Of a stretch of 64,000 nt of DNA, positions 24,801-38,098 are shown one piece after another. A model generated the notes under the pieces. The model was not told the DNA's origin. It did not search any database and saw nothing but the letters and a program-made list of their open reading frames with translations. A program made the translations under genes and the position numbers. Position 1 is the stretch's first letter; each line of letters begins with the position of its first letter. Source of the stretch: Amphiscolops sp. MND2022 (taxonomy: Eukaryota); assembly GCA_964187785.1 (NCBI GenBank), contig OZ076409.1, positions 81,532,001 through 81,596,000 of the forward strand, written 5' to 3'.

Positions 24801-26983
24801 TTGGTCTCTTTTAGGTCCAACCCATTCAATTTCTTTTTTGAATGAACTCGCACTTCTTTGGGTTTAAATGATATCCAGCTTGTTCCTGTCTTGTCATTGT
24901 TTCTGGTACTTCTGCATCGTGTTTTCCCACGTTTCCTATGATGACAATTCTAATGTTGTCTAAATATGCTGAGAGTTTGTGTTCGAGATTTGTGTCTATC
25001 CGTTCTTGAAGTATTGTTGGAACATCCGCTAGTCCATAGAAACCTTTCAGTAAATGGTATTGGTCAGTAAAATCTCCTCCTGTTACTGTGAAGATACAGA
25101 GGTTTGTTCTATTTTGTCCAATTTGATTTGCCCATATGCATAGTCAAAGTCAAGTTAGTGGCCAAAATTTGTCCATATGTTCCTTCAGATGCTTTTTTTG
25201 TTATTTTTGATAATAATTACATTCAGGTTCCTTTTTAGGCATCCGTGTTTTTGTTTTTATTGCCACTTGTTTAATTTTCTAGAAATGATAGCAATTTTTA
25301 CTGATTTGTCTTTTTTCACCGTTGTTACTGCAGGACTCACGATACAAACTTCAGTGATTTCTGTTGCTCCTTCCAAGTATCGAAGTATCGGGATTGGTCG
25401 TCCTTTTTGTTGTATTATTTGTGCCCATCTTATAGATTTGTTTTGACAGACAAGTTTTTGATCCGCTGGTTGTGAAATAAATCTTTGAAGTCGTTCTGGA
25501 GTTTCATTTTTCGCTTTTTTCTTTTATTCAGTTTTGTATTGTGGTTTTGGATTGCTTCGTTGTTTGCGCTCAAATTTACTTTTAGCCGTTGCATCCAGTC
25601 CAATCCCACTAACGGGGAGGTTTGTGCTCTTGTAATTAGTAATGGCAATTCGATTGTTTCTTTGTTTGTTTCGACCAGTGCTTTCGTTTATCTAGTGAAA
25701 TCAATCTTTTGACTATATACGTGTTTATAAGTGGCCTGGAATGGTTGAATTGTAGTTATTTTGTTGAATAAGCATTCCAGATAAGTGTGACCGGCTAACG
25801 ACTGTTGATAATGAATTTGATTGGTATATTGTTAACCAATAGTGTTGGGTTGTAAAAGCCTTTCATCTCTTTGACATCGTTTATTATCTGAATTCTGTCG
25901 TACTCCCAATTGTCTTCTCCTACTGACGAGGTTGTTCTTTGCATGTATTGGACACTTTTCATCGATCTACACATCTTTCCTTAGTGTCCCCTCCTTTTGC
26001 TGTTTCTACTTACTGCTGTTTTTGCTGAGCATACGCGCCGCATTGTCCACACCGGTTATCTCTGTTTGTGTTTCTGGTTTTCCGGTCTTTTCCTCATTCT
26101 ATCCTGGTAGGATTTGTTTGTCCATTTTTTGTACGGTCTCGTTCCTGAACATGTTTTATCCCCTTTCTGTCATTGTTATTTGGATCCTTTAATCGGTCAT
26201 ACATGTGCTCGTATATTAGAGCCGTTGTTATTTCAATAGTCATGTCACTTTTGCTGTTTCTCTTCTTCAATTCTTAAACGCCGGTTGATCTGCCGATAAA
26301 AGAAAATTTTCTTGGGCTATTAGTTCGGCTGGTGTTACATTATCGAACTCGCAGTTCTGTTCCACTTGTAATATTCTCGTCCACACGTCTTTTGCTGTTT
26401 CGTGGTTTTTCTTTTGTTATTCCGAAGAAATCAACTCTGCTGTGGATTTTGTCGGGTTCTATTGTGACCCTCATAACCAAAGACATAGTTTGAAAACTAA
26501 AACGTCTAGGCAATGAACAACCTTAAAGAAAAGTTTCCCAGACTACCTTCAAGAACTGGTTGTTAAGTAACGATATCATCTCAAGTGACGCCATGTTATA
26601 ACAAATCGATGAGGTCAACAACGTGCTGCTTGAGCATAACTGACAGCCCATTTGGCAGCCCTGCTATTTGGAGAGACGGACACCTGAAAGAAAGAGAAAG
26701 AACCCATGAGAAAACTTGAAATACCACAAAAAGAGACTCTTTTAGAAAAAGGTATTCGCACGTTGAATGTAAGTGCTCAAGATTGTTTGTACGTGATAGC
26801 AAGATTTAACGTATGTTGCAATAACTAGTTATACAGTATGAGTGATGCCAGCTAATAGTTGTTTTAGTTGTTTTCGGTACTTACGTCCTCAGCTCGCGAG
26901 CTGCGGTGCTTCCCATGCTTTTTATTCATTTTGAACGAGTTGCTGAAAAACCTTGTTAAGCTCGAGTGCAACTTGTTGTTACA
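21900..26983 (-). mobile_element. Degenerate Ty3/Gypsy LTR retrotransposon (5' LTR, PBS, gag-PR-RT-RH-INT relics)
   Basis: Minus-strand motifs in Gypsy order: protease-like FIINSR*PVTLI (~25800), RT SPAVTTVKKDK / LDFDYAYGQI / KGFYGLADVPTI / AYLDNI (25340-24950), RNase H ITTDAC and LELLVVVWGLEY (24560-24400), integrase LHKEH, IQLDFFGPI and RTDKG (23300-22900). Many stops. No 3' LTR was found. Confidence 0.9.
26594..26983 (-). repeat. 5' LTR (390 bp) with adjacent primer-binding site
   Basis: The minus strand runs TGTAACAAC...GTTATAACA and is followed immediately by TGGCGTCACTTGA (26593-26581), the canonical CA|TGG LTR/PBS junction. It is co-oriented with gag-pol. Confidence 0.7.
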
Positions 26984-28431
26984 ATTTATTGTCACTTCAG
27001 TTACCATTCATCCCTTCTCCTGGCCTTGTTTTCAAAGGTTATAGACACGGTAGATTCTGGTTGGGCAAATTACCAGTTGCCTTTAGCAGTCATGATCTCG
27101 GGTCAACATCAAAGAAGATCCATGAGGAGCGGGACCCCTCAAACGGAACATTGAATCTAGGAGCCAAAATGGGACTATCGGCAGATGGAAGTCTGTCCCG
27201 GCCATGAAAGCTCGCGGCTAGCGTGTCGTTATGTTTAGATTTTCAAAATATTTTAGTCAATGCTGCCTGAAACAATTGATAAAAATGTAACCGCAACTGC
27301 TGATGTCAACAATTTTTGGTGAGTTTTTCAACAATGTACCAAAAATTCGTTCAAATCTGACGTGGCACCCAAACTTTGAACATGCTTTCGGTCAAAGACC
27401 TGCCAAAAAGCAGCCTCAATAGAAAGAGACGCCGCCCGCGAGAGCGAAAAAAGCAACACCAGCAGCTAGTACAGCTATTCTGACGTTTCACGGAATTGTG
27501 CCATTCTCTAACGAGATTTCTCTACTTTGGTAGTGGAAACCCTTGAATTCAGATGTCTGCCTGAAGATCCCTGTGGTGTTCTGTGGTGGCCAGCTCGAGC
27601 GCTGGGTATCCTTTTGGTCTTTTTCCACGAAAAAATTGACTCAAACTATTGTATTTTGATGTAATTATTGCAGTTTAGATTGATATGCTCGAGAGCTGTT
27701 TGAAACATCTGTATTACTGTTCAATATTGGCGATTTATCAGATTTCCCAAATACTGTGGTTCAACTCTAATTCAGTTTTTTGGCCCCATTCTTAAAGGCT
27801 AATCAAGCAGTGGTCTTTATGCCAAGGAAGATGCCTGTTATCTTTAGCAGTTACAGACTAGGACCAGGCCAGAGAGCATCCAACAAGACAGTTCCCCCAC
27901 CCTGGGACTGGCTCCCCTGGAGGGAAAATGAGCTAGGGCAGTGGAGATCTAAGTCCCGGATCATATTCACAGTTCTAGTTCCTCCACCTCTTGTTTTGGT
28001 CAAACGTTTAGCGCTTATCGTTACAAAACATCAGTACAGCATTTTTGTCCTTGTTTCTTCACGTTTCGAAAAGTCCCCAATATGGTTCAATATGGTTCAT
28101 GACTGGGTTTCATATCATCCTGGAGCAAGTCTAAAGTGCTACTAGTTTGCATTCACGCCGTTCACAAGGCTAGAGAAACCCAAAAGTGCGCAATTAACGA
28201 AAAGTCGTTATTAGCCCGAATATTTCCATATTTCTGGCTCAAAACGCAAAAAGCTATCGAAAAACACCTATGGGTTTCTGCGTTTCAGTTTAAAATGCGC
28301 AGATTCTCACAGCGCCTCCGAAAACGAATTTGGAACATTAGGGAGTTGAGTTCAAGGAATTTAATGAAGGCTTTTGTTCTAGTTGAGAACAATACAAGCT
28401 CAAGAAGACCCATTAGTGCATATAGATGTTG

Positions 28432-28920
28432 AAACAAGCCGAGAACGGCATAAGTCGGCGCCATATCTAAGGCTCAAAAATAGCAAAAGGACTTCAAAGT
28501 GTCAAGTATTTTCTCTTAAAGTACCCGAAAAACCCAAAAGTTGAACCGAATTGGCGCACCGGGGACCCTTTCGGTTTTTTCAATTTCCATTCCGACGCAA
28601 AAGATCAAAAAAATCAAATGGCTACCGTTTTAGAGAAGCCTCGCAGTGCCGAAAACCTGAAAAAGAGAAAACAAATTCAAAAAAGTCTCACAATGCCAAA
28701 AAACTGAAAAGGGACCCTTCAGTCTCGCCGGGTTTTGTATGTTACGCTGAAAGAAGGAACAATTTTTATATTTCAGTTCCTTGTTCCAAAACACAAAACC
28801 TTAAAATTTCGAAGAACTTTGTAGAGCTTTTTTGGTCAGTTCGTGTGGATTGAAAAAAAGTATAATCACTATAGGATGTTGAAAAAAAAGTATAATCGCT
28901 AATCATCAAGCGCCCACTAA
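28432..28920 (-). mobile_element. Helentron/HINE-like non-autonomous element
   Basis: Hairpin GCCG-AGAA-CGGC (28438-28449) next to a subterminal IR AGTCGGCGC (28453-28461), whose partner GCGCCCACT is at 28910-28918. Both ends are A/T-rich. Confidence 0.55.
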
Positions 28921-29129
28921 CAAGAAGACGAAGTATAAAAAACACCAAAACAAGGAATTTCTGATACCGTCTTGCCTTTTGAGTGGCGTGAATGATTAGC
29001 ATATGCGCTTTATTAATCATAGACTTGCTCTTTGGAAAAATTAATCTAGAAAACCTGAACAAGAAAGAAAACATTATAGTGAATCCAACCACTGGAACCT
29101 TTTCTTGGCTCTTGTCAAATGTTCTGGAA

Positions 29130-29420
29130 AATATGGTTTATCAATCATTTCTCAGGATGCAGACAATTTAAAACGTCACAATTCCTGACGCTTATCCTGC
29201 TGATGTTTTGCCAAAGGCCGTTTCACTAGAACAAGTCCAAGGACATAGAAAAGTAAGAAAAGCAAAGAATATTTTTTGATTGGAAAGGATAAATAACTTT
29301 TACGTTGAGAGGACCATTTGGGCCACTCTTGACTTTTGATTGGCTCCAGAAAATCTCTTCTTGGTTTACTTGAATACTCCTTTGCTTCACGTATATCGAA
29401 ATTGAAGTGCTTTTGCTTCA
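29130..29420 (-). pseudogene. Possible hAT transposase C-terminal dimerisation-domain relic
   Basis: Frameshifted pieces FWSQ / EWPKW...YLSFP / SSETAFG / GIVT / LHPE follow the order of the hATC consensus. Confidence 0.3.
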
Positions 29421-31024
29421 AGTTGTTCTTAATTGGCAGTCAACGATGCGTTCGTACTCAAAATGATTATCATGGCTCAATCTTGGCTCAACATCCATGT
29501 TCAGGGCTCTTTTAAAGGCACTACGTTCAAAATATTGCTACATATTCATGGTGATTTTAGTTACATTCGAGTCATGACTAATGAGGAGATCCCATGATTC
29601 ATCCATGAAGATCCATGACACAAGGCTGCATGTTTTGGAAACAATGGAACAATTCTGCAAGTCTATAATAATTTAAGAAAGAAATTAACTTGGTAATTAC
29701 AATTTATAGTCTTACACAAATTATTTGTATCAGCAAAAATAGATCGAGAGCGTTCGAATAGCATGACTTTTGTGCACAAAAACGGTTCCTGCGAATATTT
29801 GGGCCATTTACAAAAAAGCTGGGAAAATTTCTAAGAGTCTTTTGAAGTCATACCATTTCGTCCTTTACTGTGAGACGTTTAAACTGCTATTTTAACTGCA
29901 CCAATTTTCCATTCTAGACGTCTTTAAAAGCATCACAATTACCAAATTAAATGAACGTTCAGGCCTTGCCATGTAATAATTCATGGGTTTTAATCAGGGA
30001 TCTTTCGTGATTCTTTCTGTGACCATGGAATGATTGTTGTCATGCCGAATCCAACAATCATTAACGAAACATTGATGGAGTGTCACCACCTGTAAATCTG
30101 TGTGTTCAACTAATTGGAACGTGTCGCAGGCGGCCCCCTGCGATGGCAACTTCTATACAATTAAAGAGAAACTTCCCTATCCGGAACCACTCCTTTATTA
30201 TAGACTAATGTTTTCAAAACTATCCTACAATTTCCCTTGAAATATGTAAACTTGTTTTGTATGATTTCGTCAGTTAATACTTGACAGCAAAGCTATACTG
30301 ATATGCAGAAAGGAAACGTGTTCGAATGCCTGCCTGTTTGATATAGCTTGCGTAGCCGGCGACGATATATTAGCTAACCACGGCTCAGCAATTCTTCATT
30401 TGTTCACTTGTTGCAATAATGCTATATTTAATTAACCGGAATGGACAAGTCAGACCAAGCCGTCTAGCTGGTTCTAATATACAATTAGTTGATGCACTTT
30501 CTTTGTTTACTAGAACTTTCAATGGAACTGAGAGCCCTGTAATAGGAGATTGTGCTAATGAATAATCTAGCTCCACTTTAACCTGATTCAACATACCAAC
30601 CCCCCAGTTTTATTCCAAGAAAACACCTAAAGGGGCTGTTGGCCGGACACGTCATTTTGAAATGCATGTATTGCTGTGAAAGTTATGACCGAATGTGGTT
30701 TGATATAATGGAAGCCGAACAAGTCTACACGTCAACGCCCCCCCCGTTCTGTAGCTAGACGCTTTGATTTTGCTGCGTATATGAATCAACTGTGAGTTTC
30801 TAATAAGAGGGATAGTAGTGCTATATTTAGCAATGATGTTGTTTTTTGATATAATGATCAGCATTTTTCTGTCATCCCCATTTGGGTATATGAACCCAGA
30901 ATGGTCACTCAGACAGAGAGAAGCGTCAACGTTTGATACTGTTGCTACAAACTTTGAATAGTTCATACCAGTTGGAAACAAAATTCACAGGAAGAATTTA
31001 AATTTTCCTCCTGTATTCTCACTT

Positions 31025-31530
31025 ATGTCTTCCACTAGCAAGGGCGGTTGCTAAGGAAAAGATATCTAGAGAAATGGATATTCTATCCGACTATGGATAC
31101 ATAAATGGCCCAGGATGGCATCAGGACTCAGAGTTCGTACCTCCACAGGGTAAATTCATCTCGAAAAAATGGGATTAGAAACATTGATAACAGGAATGGC
31201 CAGCTAGGTAAGATGGACTTGCAGAGTCTATCAAAATACTATCAGGTGAAATGAACGCTAGATTGTCTCAGAAAATGTTTTCACTACTGAACTTAATGCA
31301 AACACGAACAATTAGGGCTATCAGTTTAGCCATCAACGATAGATTCATACCTAAAATACAAAACATAATGGGGAGTTTGCCTTTGGACGAAAATGGCACT
31401 GGGACGTAGATGTCCGTAAATAACCATGGTCTCGGAATTAATTGGACAGAACCAAATACAAAATTTACCAAGAAGGAGGACTCTAGGTTCGCCTTCGATC
31501 TTAGGGAAAATGTGGACTTTACTCCTTACA
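31025..31530 (+). pseudogene. Decayed homologue of the gag-like LTR-embedded ORF (probable solo or partial LTR end)
   Basis: AKEKISREMDILSDYG and AESIKILSGEMNARLSQKMFSLLNLMQTRTIRAISLAINDRFIPKIQNIMG align by eye with ORF 5423-6016. The segment ends at ...CCTTACA. Confidence 0.65.
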
Positions 31531-33179
31531 AAATTCTATTCAATAAAATTGAAATTGGTGTATTTTGAACTATTTATCATATTTTGCCTTGACAATTACG
31601 CATACTTTCTTTCACAAAAGCGCGTTTCCAGAAACTCTGCATTTCTATCTATTTGGAATGAATAACACTTAACACCTCCACGAGTTACAATCATAGAAAG
31701 AGGTGTACGCTAAAGTACATTGATTATCCAATTATTGACTAAAATGATCTTAAACCTTGCGTTGTGCTCTTTTCTATGCCCCAAAGCAAAGATAATACGG
31801 GGTTTCGTCAATTTTGGTAAAAGATTAGTGTTGCCAATCGAAGTTGTGATGTTGTCTTCAAATCGTACCAAGGATTTGGCTGATCGGATTTAAGATTGAC
31901 TGAAGAGCGTTATCATAATATCAAAGAAGGCATATTGTCCAACTAACCCACTCAGTAAAACCAGTGACAACTTTCAAAAATTCTTCTTTTAAGTTTTACT
32001 GACAGATAAAAATTGACTGGTCATAATTTCCTTTCAATCTTCTTTCATAACCCGTAACTCCTTTGGCAATCTTCCCTGAGTGGAAAATTGTGTTTTGAGA
32101 TTCGAAAGAGAAAAAATGGTTTTTCTTGAATAAGAATATTACATTGCATTAAAAAGAGTTTTATTGACTAACAAGGACGCGTTTATTGTCAGAGTGCAAG
32201 TTGGTGTCATTTAGTACAAATGGGCAGAAATTGAATCGAGGAGTCGAGATTTGGGCGTGTCACCTGAAAGTGGTTAGGTTGATGAAAGCTTCCTGATTAA
32301 AACTGCTGCTTGTTACCGCAAAATCTTTAGACTTGCAAATCAATTGACCGCATACCTTGATTAACCCAATTCGCGAGATTATTTCAAGTTAATTTGATTT
32401 GTTGAAATGCTTGTGTAAAGGAAGAAAAAAAAATAACTTTCCCCTAACATGCCCCTAAGAGCATGCTGAGCTGTTTAAGATACCAAGGACAGCCAAAATT
32501 CATCAAGTATTCAAACTTTGATGTTTATAGACAAAACATTGTCAAGAACGGCATTGTTTTTATCGTGAAGAATTTTTTCATAAACATCATTAACTACACG
32601 ACATTCATGTTTCGGAAATAGTGAAAAAGTTACAAACAAGACTAGAACCGCCCTTGAAAAGTGCAAATCCCATAAAAGAGGAACACGTCGATTTCAAAAA
32701 AGTTTTTACTACCTGAAAACATCAGAACATCAGAAAACCACAAGACGCTCTTTATGAGATATTGATAACTTTCAAAAAAGTCAAACAGTACCGAGAAATT
32801 TTTTTGTCTCAGGTCTTTCTAGCTGCTCTGGGGATTTTTAGCGTGAAGGCTCTGGAAAGTAGATCTTATGGTATCAGCTCTGCGGTCTAGAGAAAAGAAG
32901 AAATAATCACCGTAAGATTCCGGCACGTCTTCCTATAAAATATGCCGACAAAAAACTGGAAGTGCTGAAAGCATGAAGCATTTCGGAAAATCACTTCTTG
33001 CCTTGAAAACTAATCTTTTAAAGTTTTGATTTTTGTTCGAAACAACTAATGAAAAAAGTGAAATGCGCACTTAGGACCCGTTTGAAGGTCAATCTCGTTC
33101 AAACGGAATGACTGAATTTGTTACAAAAAGATCTTTGACGTTTGACGTGACTCGGTCAATCATTTGCACCTGAACACTG

Positions 33180-33560
33180 CTACAAACGGGAGATGCAAAC
33201 TTCCAGCATGCGATAGTATAACGAAAACTGTGTGAAACACATCGTCCAAATATATATCGTAACAAAATTTAGAGACGCTTCATCTACATAAAGAATATTT
33301 TTGTGAGCAAAGGAAATGGTTGACCTTGCAAGAAGTTTTCGAGAAAATTTTACACATTCTGAGATTCTCGCAATAGATCTTGTATCAAAATGACTTTGCA
33401 TGATCCTCGCGAAAAGTGTATTCTGATCCAGCGTATACACATTGATACGGCAAACTTCCGTTGTGTTCGAAAGGTACGTCGTGCCATTATGTTATTGCTT
33501 GTTAGATGTCTGATGAAGGTGAACAGTAATTCACTTCAGGCTTCGTATTAACTTTCCAGT
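33180..33560 (-). pseudogene. Possible Tc1/IS630-like transposase fragment
   Basis: ARISECVKFSRKLL...KNILYVDEASLN resembles the region around the first catalytic Asp. Nothing downstream is recognisable. Confidence 0.3.
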
Positions 33561-33861
33561 TGTTTTTTAGCATAGACATCTGAACAGCAAAGTCTGTTCA
33601 CGGTCTCAAAAGTGTTTCAGGTTATTCCACCAATTATTCCAATTATTGCTCCGCCAAGTGATTACAAAATCTTCCATTAGCCTTCTGTTTTTTGTTTCTC
33701 ACTGGTTCAAAAGTTGTCAGGTTATATTTAGTGGCAAATAAGATTTCAATTACGGTTCAACATTGACTATCTTATTCGCAAATTGTGTTGTCGATAAGAG
33801 CAAACTAAAACCATTTTTATTGGATTACCCTACTAACTTGAAAAAAAACCTTATTCACAAT

Positions 33862-34142
33862 ATGAGGATGATACACGAGAAGATCATTACATTACTATAT
33901 GTTTCTGTTCTACTCTTGAGTGGAATTCGGCCACGTGAACTCGACCCTGTAGTTGTCTATGATGTCATGGTAATGAAAAATAATTTACCAGAGTATGTGC
34001 AAGAGTACAGAATTCCAATTATGGCACTTGGACCCATAAACAACACTCTGGTCATGTTCGCTGAGGCACGGCTGGCATCCTCTTCTGATCAATCTCCCAA
34101 GAATATTGTGTACAAATATTCAACAAACAACGGTTTTACATG
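33862..34142 (+). CDS. Exon 1 of a secreted/lysosomal sialidase (GH33, NEU1-like)
   Basis: Hydrophobic signal peptide (IITLLYVSVLLLSG), YRIP motif, FAEAR, and the first Asp-box STNNGFTW, ending at a TG|GTTTGT donor (34142/34143). Confidence 0.85.
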
Positions 34143-35076
34143 GTTTGTATTATCACTTTCTTTTTACAAATTCAACTGAAAAAAATGATCATAACGCTAC
34201 CTAGTTCTGTTAGAAAATAAATGAACTTGAAGTTGTAGCGACAAACTAGGATGTAATATGTTTTTGTTTCGGAAAAAGACCTTAGATACATCTTTACAAG
34301 TTTCAATTTTGTCAATAAATTAGAGTTTTTACCCAGCGAACAAATTTCCATCAAAACGACAAATGGAATAAACTGCTTGATTCACTCTATGTGTACGTTA
34401 GCTTGTGAAGACCCTGTCGACAGATAACAATTTAAAAATGAGACCTATCAATGAATTTATTGAAATCAGTTTGCCAATTTAGTTGAAATACCTGCTATTT
34501 GTATAGCCTATAGGCTATATACTTTTGCTAACAGCGATATGCAATTTATGGCTATAGGAATATATCGCTGTTAGCCAAAATAGCACGGAAGGTACTGATT
34601 AACTCGTCGTTCTAGTTAATTCGTTTTCGTTTCACTTCTTTCCCTTGAAATTTTTTACTCTCTCAGATGACAAAGATCGTCGTCGTTATGCTATGTTGGT
34701 GCTATGTTGGTCATCATTTTACGGGGCGTTGATGGCACACACCCTTAGTCTGCAAATGAGGGAAAACATTCAGGCAAATTCAAAAAGAAAGATCTTACTT
34801 ATGACGGGCACTATCCTAGTAGACCGACAGAACAAAACAAAATATCAGCAACCCACATCAATCGGGTTGAGTTGCTGTGAAAGATGCATCACGTGTTTTC
34901 TTGCCATATTCAACAAAAAAGTACTAATAAATAGTAAAGTTCCTCGAGAGCAAATATGTCGTTCACTGTTCCACGAACACATGCCGTATTCCATAAACCT
35001 GCAAAGTCATTGAGATACGTCTTGCTTTTTGAGACAAAAGTGTTTTGTTGAGATTACCCTAGTACATTTGTATGTG

Positions 35077-36460
35077 TACCCAGGTTGACCAACCATACTC
35101 ACCATGCTATGATCATAGTATGATCATACTATGATCATGGTCATTTCATGATCATGATCATGCCAAGACCGTACCATGGCTACCATGTTTCATAGTATGA
35201 TCATACTATGGTCATCATGTTTCATAGTATGATCCATCATGTTTCATAGAATGAACATAGCATGATCATAGTATGAGGAACGATGTAATCTAGATTGAAA
35301 ATCGAGATGTCAGACATGGCAACCTCTTGTAAACAAAGTTCACAAATTGGTTACCGAGTCCTTATTCTGTATTTGTAAGGAGGCACTCAGCTCGTGAGAT
35401 ACATAGTATCTCACTTGACGAGACCCACGACGAGAACGTGGCCTCTGTTGGGTCTCAGTGCTTCTGAAAATCCTTAAAAAACTGAATTTCAGACTGGAAA
35501 AAGATCTAAGAATGGGCCAATTTAGATGCTAAATCATGGCAATCAACTGTTGGAAAATCACGGATCAGATCTGAACCTGGGTCAATTTGATCTAAAAACG
35601 AAAACAATGAGAAGACAGCGAAAGTATCAAAATTATGCCAAATTTCGTCTCTAAATTGAAAATATCTAAAACTTCGGCAAAATAGAAAATAATTCATTGA
35701 AATTACCTGTTGAAAAAAGAAATCAGACGTAAAATCTGGGTCATTTTGAAATTTAAATGAGATTTTTGGGAAGACAGCGAAGAGTATCTAAATTATGCAT
35801 AATATCGTCTCTAAATTGAGAAAAAGATCTAAAACGTGGGCAAAATAGCTGCAAAATTTTGGAAATCAGCTATTGAGATAGGAATCAGATCTAAAACTTG
35901 GTAATTTTAATCTAAAACAACTTTGGTTTAGAATAAGATCTAAAATTTCAGGACTAGAATAAGATCTAAAATCACTAAACTATAAACCATTTAGAAGAGT
36001 ATCTATTTTATGCATAATTTCGTCTATAAATTGAGAATATTATCTAAAACGGGCAAAATGAAACTTATCGAAAATTCGAAAAAAAGCGCTTTTCTCAGCT
36101 TGAAATCCTGAAATTCGTTTCTAATATCCCAAAAATTTCTACCTATCCCAACGGCTTCAGGAAACGCGGTGCCGAAAAGCGTCCTTAATGCTACCCAAGC
36201 CATTAAGGTAACCCTAGATCTTCTAAAGCCAAAGAACAAGCCAACGAGTCACTTTTTGATATATTTCAAATTTTTCCGCTAGGGGACTTCGAATTTTTGA
36301 AAACTTTCGAACATGGTCACTCATACTATGACCATAATCATTGCCATGCTAGTCATAATTTGACCATACTATGACCATATTATGATGATCATTTTTCACC
36401 ATGATCATACTATGACATGGTATGATTCACCATTTCTGAGTATGGGGGTCATACTGAGTA
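35077..36460. mobile_element. Non-autonomous TIR element (TA|CCCAG terminus, CATG/ATGATC-rich subterminal microrepeats, internal degenerate tandem units)
   Basis: TACCCAGGTTGACCAACCATACTCA and TGAGTATGGGGGTCATACTGAGTA are imperfect inverted repeats. Internal GAAGACAGCGAA...TCGTCTCTAAATTGA units lie at ~35611, ~35770 and ~35995. Confidence 0.65.
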
Positions 36461-37091
36461 ATCCTGCGGCATTCAATACAGAAGCCGTGCCCAGAACAAT
36501 TGAAGTCACCACAACAGAACAAATGCTTTAATGGAAGGGTGATTAGTTCGTTTTGAGACCCAGTTTCCGAAGAAAACACTGCGGCATCTATTTCAACAGC
36601 TATTTGTTCGGCATGTTTTTGTTGTTGAGCATTTAAGTATGATTGAACGTTGTCAGAAATTTTGTCGTCGGTAATTACGTTCTATGAAACCTTGTCGCAT
36701 TTCAGCTCATCTCTTTGGAATCATCTATTACTATTTAACATACTTATGCTAATAATTATCGTTAATTTTGCAATAATGCTACCCTTGACTACAGTAGTGA
36801 TTCTAGCCAATTTTAGCCAATTTCGGTCAAAATTGAGGTGTTTCCTTTTGGTATACTTTGCCAAACATGTGTAGGAAATTTTATGTTCAGTCGACACTTG
36901 AACGTATCAAAGTTTGAAAAAAATTTCGAACGTTAATTGGTAAAAAAAGTTCAGTATTGAAATTATCACGATGCTTAATAAGTGTCTTGATGAGTTGATT
37001 GAATGCAATTAACTTTTGACTCAATTTTGGTTAAGATTTCTTTTTAATATTTAATCATAAATTTAATAAATATTTAAAATGATATTTTTTC

Positions 37092-37500
37092 GTGAACGCT
37101 GCTAATTCTAATCAATACCACGATTTACCAGACGACGAAATTTCTGGATTAGCTAATACGACGAAATTTCGCACTATGAAGTTTCTGACAAAATTTCCGC
37201 CTCACGATTGAAAATATAAACTCTGAATTGAGTTTCAGAACATAGAGAGTTAATTTGACCTCCATTTATCAATTTCGCTGAGCTGCAAAAAGTCCATGTC
37301 AAAAGTTGAATATGTAGAGAAATATTTTCTCGAATGTTAGACAGGTAACTTTAAAGACTTCTCTTATGGGGAGGCGGAAATTTCGTCGTCAGAAATTTCG
37401 TCGTAGGAAGTTTCGTCGTGATAGCAAATCCAGAAATTTCATCGTCAGAAATATCGTTGTCGGAAATTTCGTCGTATTGATTAGAATTAACAGCATTCAC
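37092..37500. mobile_element. Nested MITE with GAAATTTCGTCGT subrepeats
   Basis: GTGAACGCTGCTAATTCTAATCAATACCACGA pairs with TCGTCGTATTGATTAGAATTAACAGCATTCAC. 15-bp subrepeats lie at 37375-37475. Confidence 0.8.
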
Positions 37501-37533
37501 CAAAAGAAACCATTTCAATTATTCAATTATTTA

Positions 37534-38098
37534 CCCGTACTGACAACCCATGGTAACCCACCACTGGCCATCGGTGAACCACCGGTGACCACCAGTGGAG
37601 GCCATTTTGGATAATCAGTCACCATTTCCTCCGGTGGTCACCGGTGGAATTTTTTTTCGAAAACAAACGAATTGTGAGTTATGGAAAATTATTAAAAATT
37701 AATATTTCATTATGGAATCCGAAGGTTATTTAACTTTTCAAAAATTTACTTCTGCATTCAAGAAGTTCTGCAGCAATTAAAACTATTTTGGCACCGGGTG
37801 TACGCGGAGTCGCGATGTAGGCAATGCTGCAGAACAAATATAGCTAAGGCAAAACTAACAAATTACAAAAGCTGATAGCGCAGAGGTAAATGCTGGAGTG
37901 TCAACAAAATTAATACAGGTTCGCGTCACGATTTTTCCAGTATTTTGTATACAACATGAAATTTTTCCCCACCTGTGGCCACCGATGGTCCACCCCTGGC
38001 CACCACAAAATGTGTCATGGCCACCGCGATGACCACCGGTGGGCTGCGATGGGAAGTGCGGTGGCCACCGGTGGGTTACCCTGGGTTGTCAGCACGGG
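37534..38098. mobile_element. Nested MITE, TA|CCCGT...ACGGG|TA, with CCACCGGTGG subrepeats
   Basis: CCCGTACTGACAACCCATGGTAACCCACC pairs with GGTGGGTTACCCTGGGTTGTCAGCACGGG, with TA on both sides. Confidence 0.85.

Noticed and set aside
21949..26192. Plus-strand hydrophobic ORFs (e.g. 21949-22410, 23891-24223)
   Set aside because: Antisense shadows of the A-rich Gypsy coding strand.
27540..27990. LINE RT fragment on the minus strand (QYLGNLIN)
   Set aside because: No YADD or other RT motif in the correct position.
30081..31024. Left boundary and TSD of a solo LTR ending at 31530; ORFs 30385-30594 and 30652-30981 as genes
   Set aside because: No TG start with a TSD matching the right flank (AAATT) was found, and the ORFs have no recognisable motifs.
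34645..35013. Sialidase exon 2
   Set aside because: The acceptor at ~34666 is followed by A, giving TG+A (stop) with the phase-2 donor. There is no Asp-box or other GH33 motif.
37366..37614. Arg-rich protamine-like ORF
   Set aside because: It is the translation of the 15-bp MITE subrepeats and runs across element boundaries.
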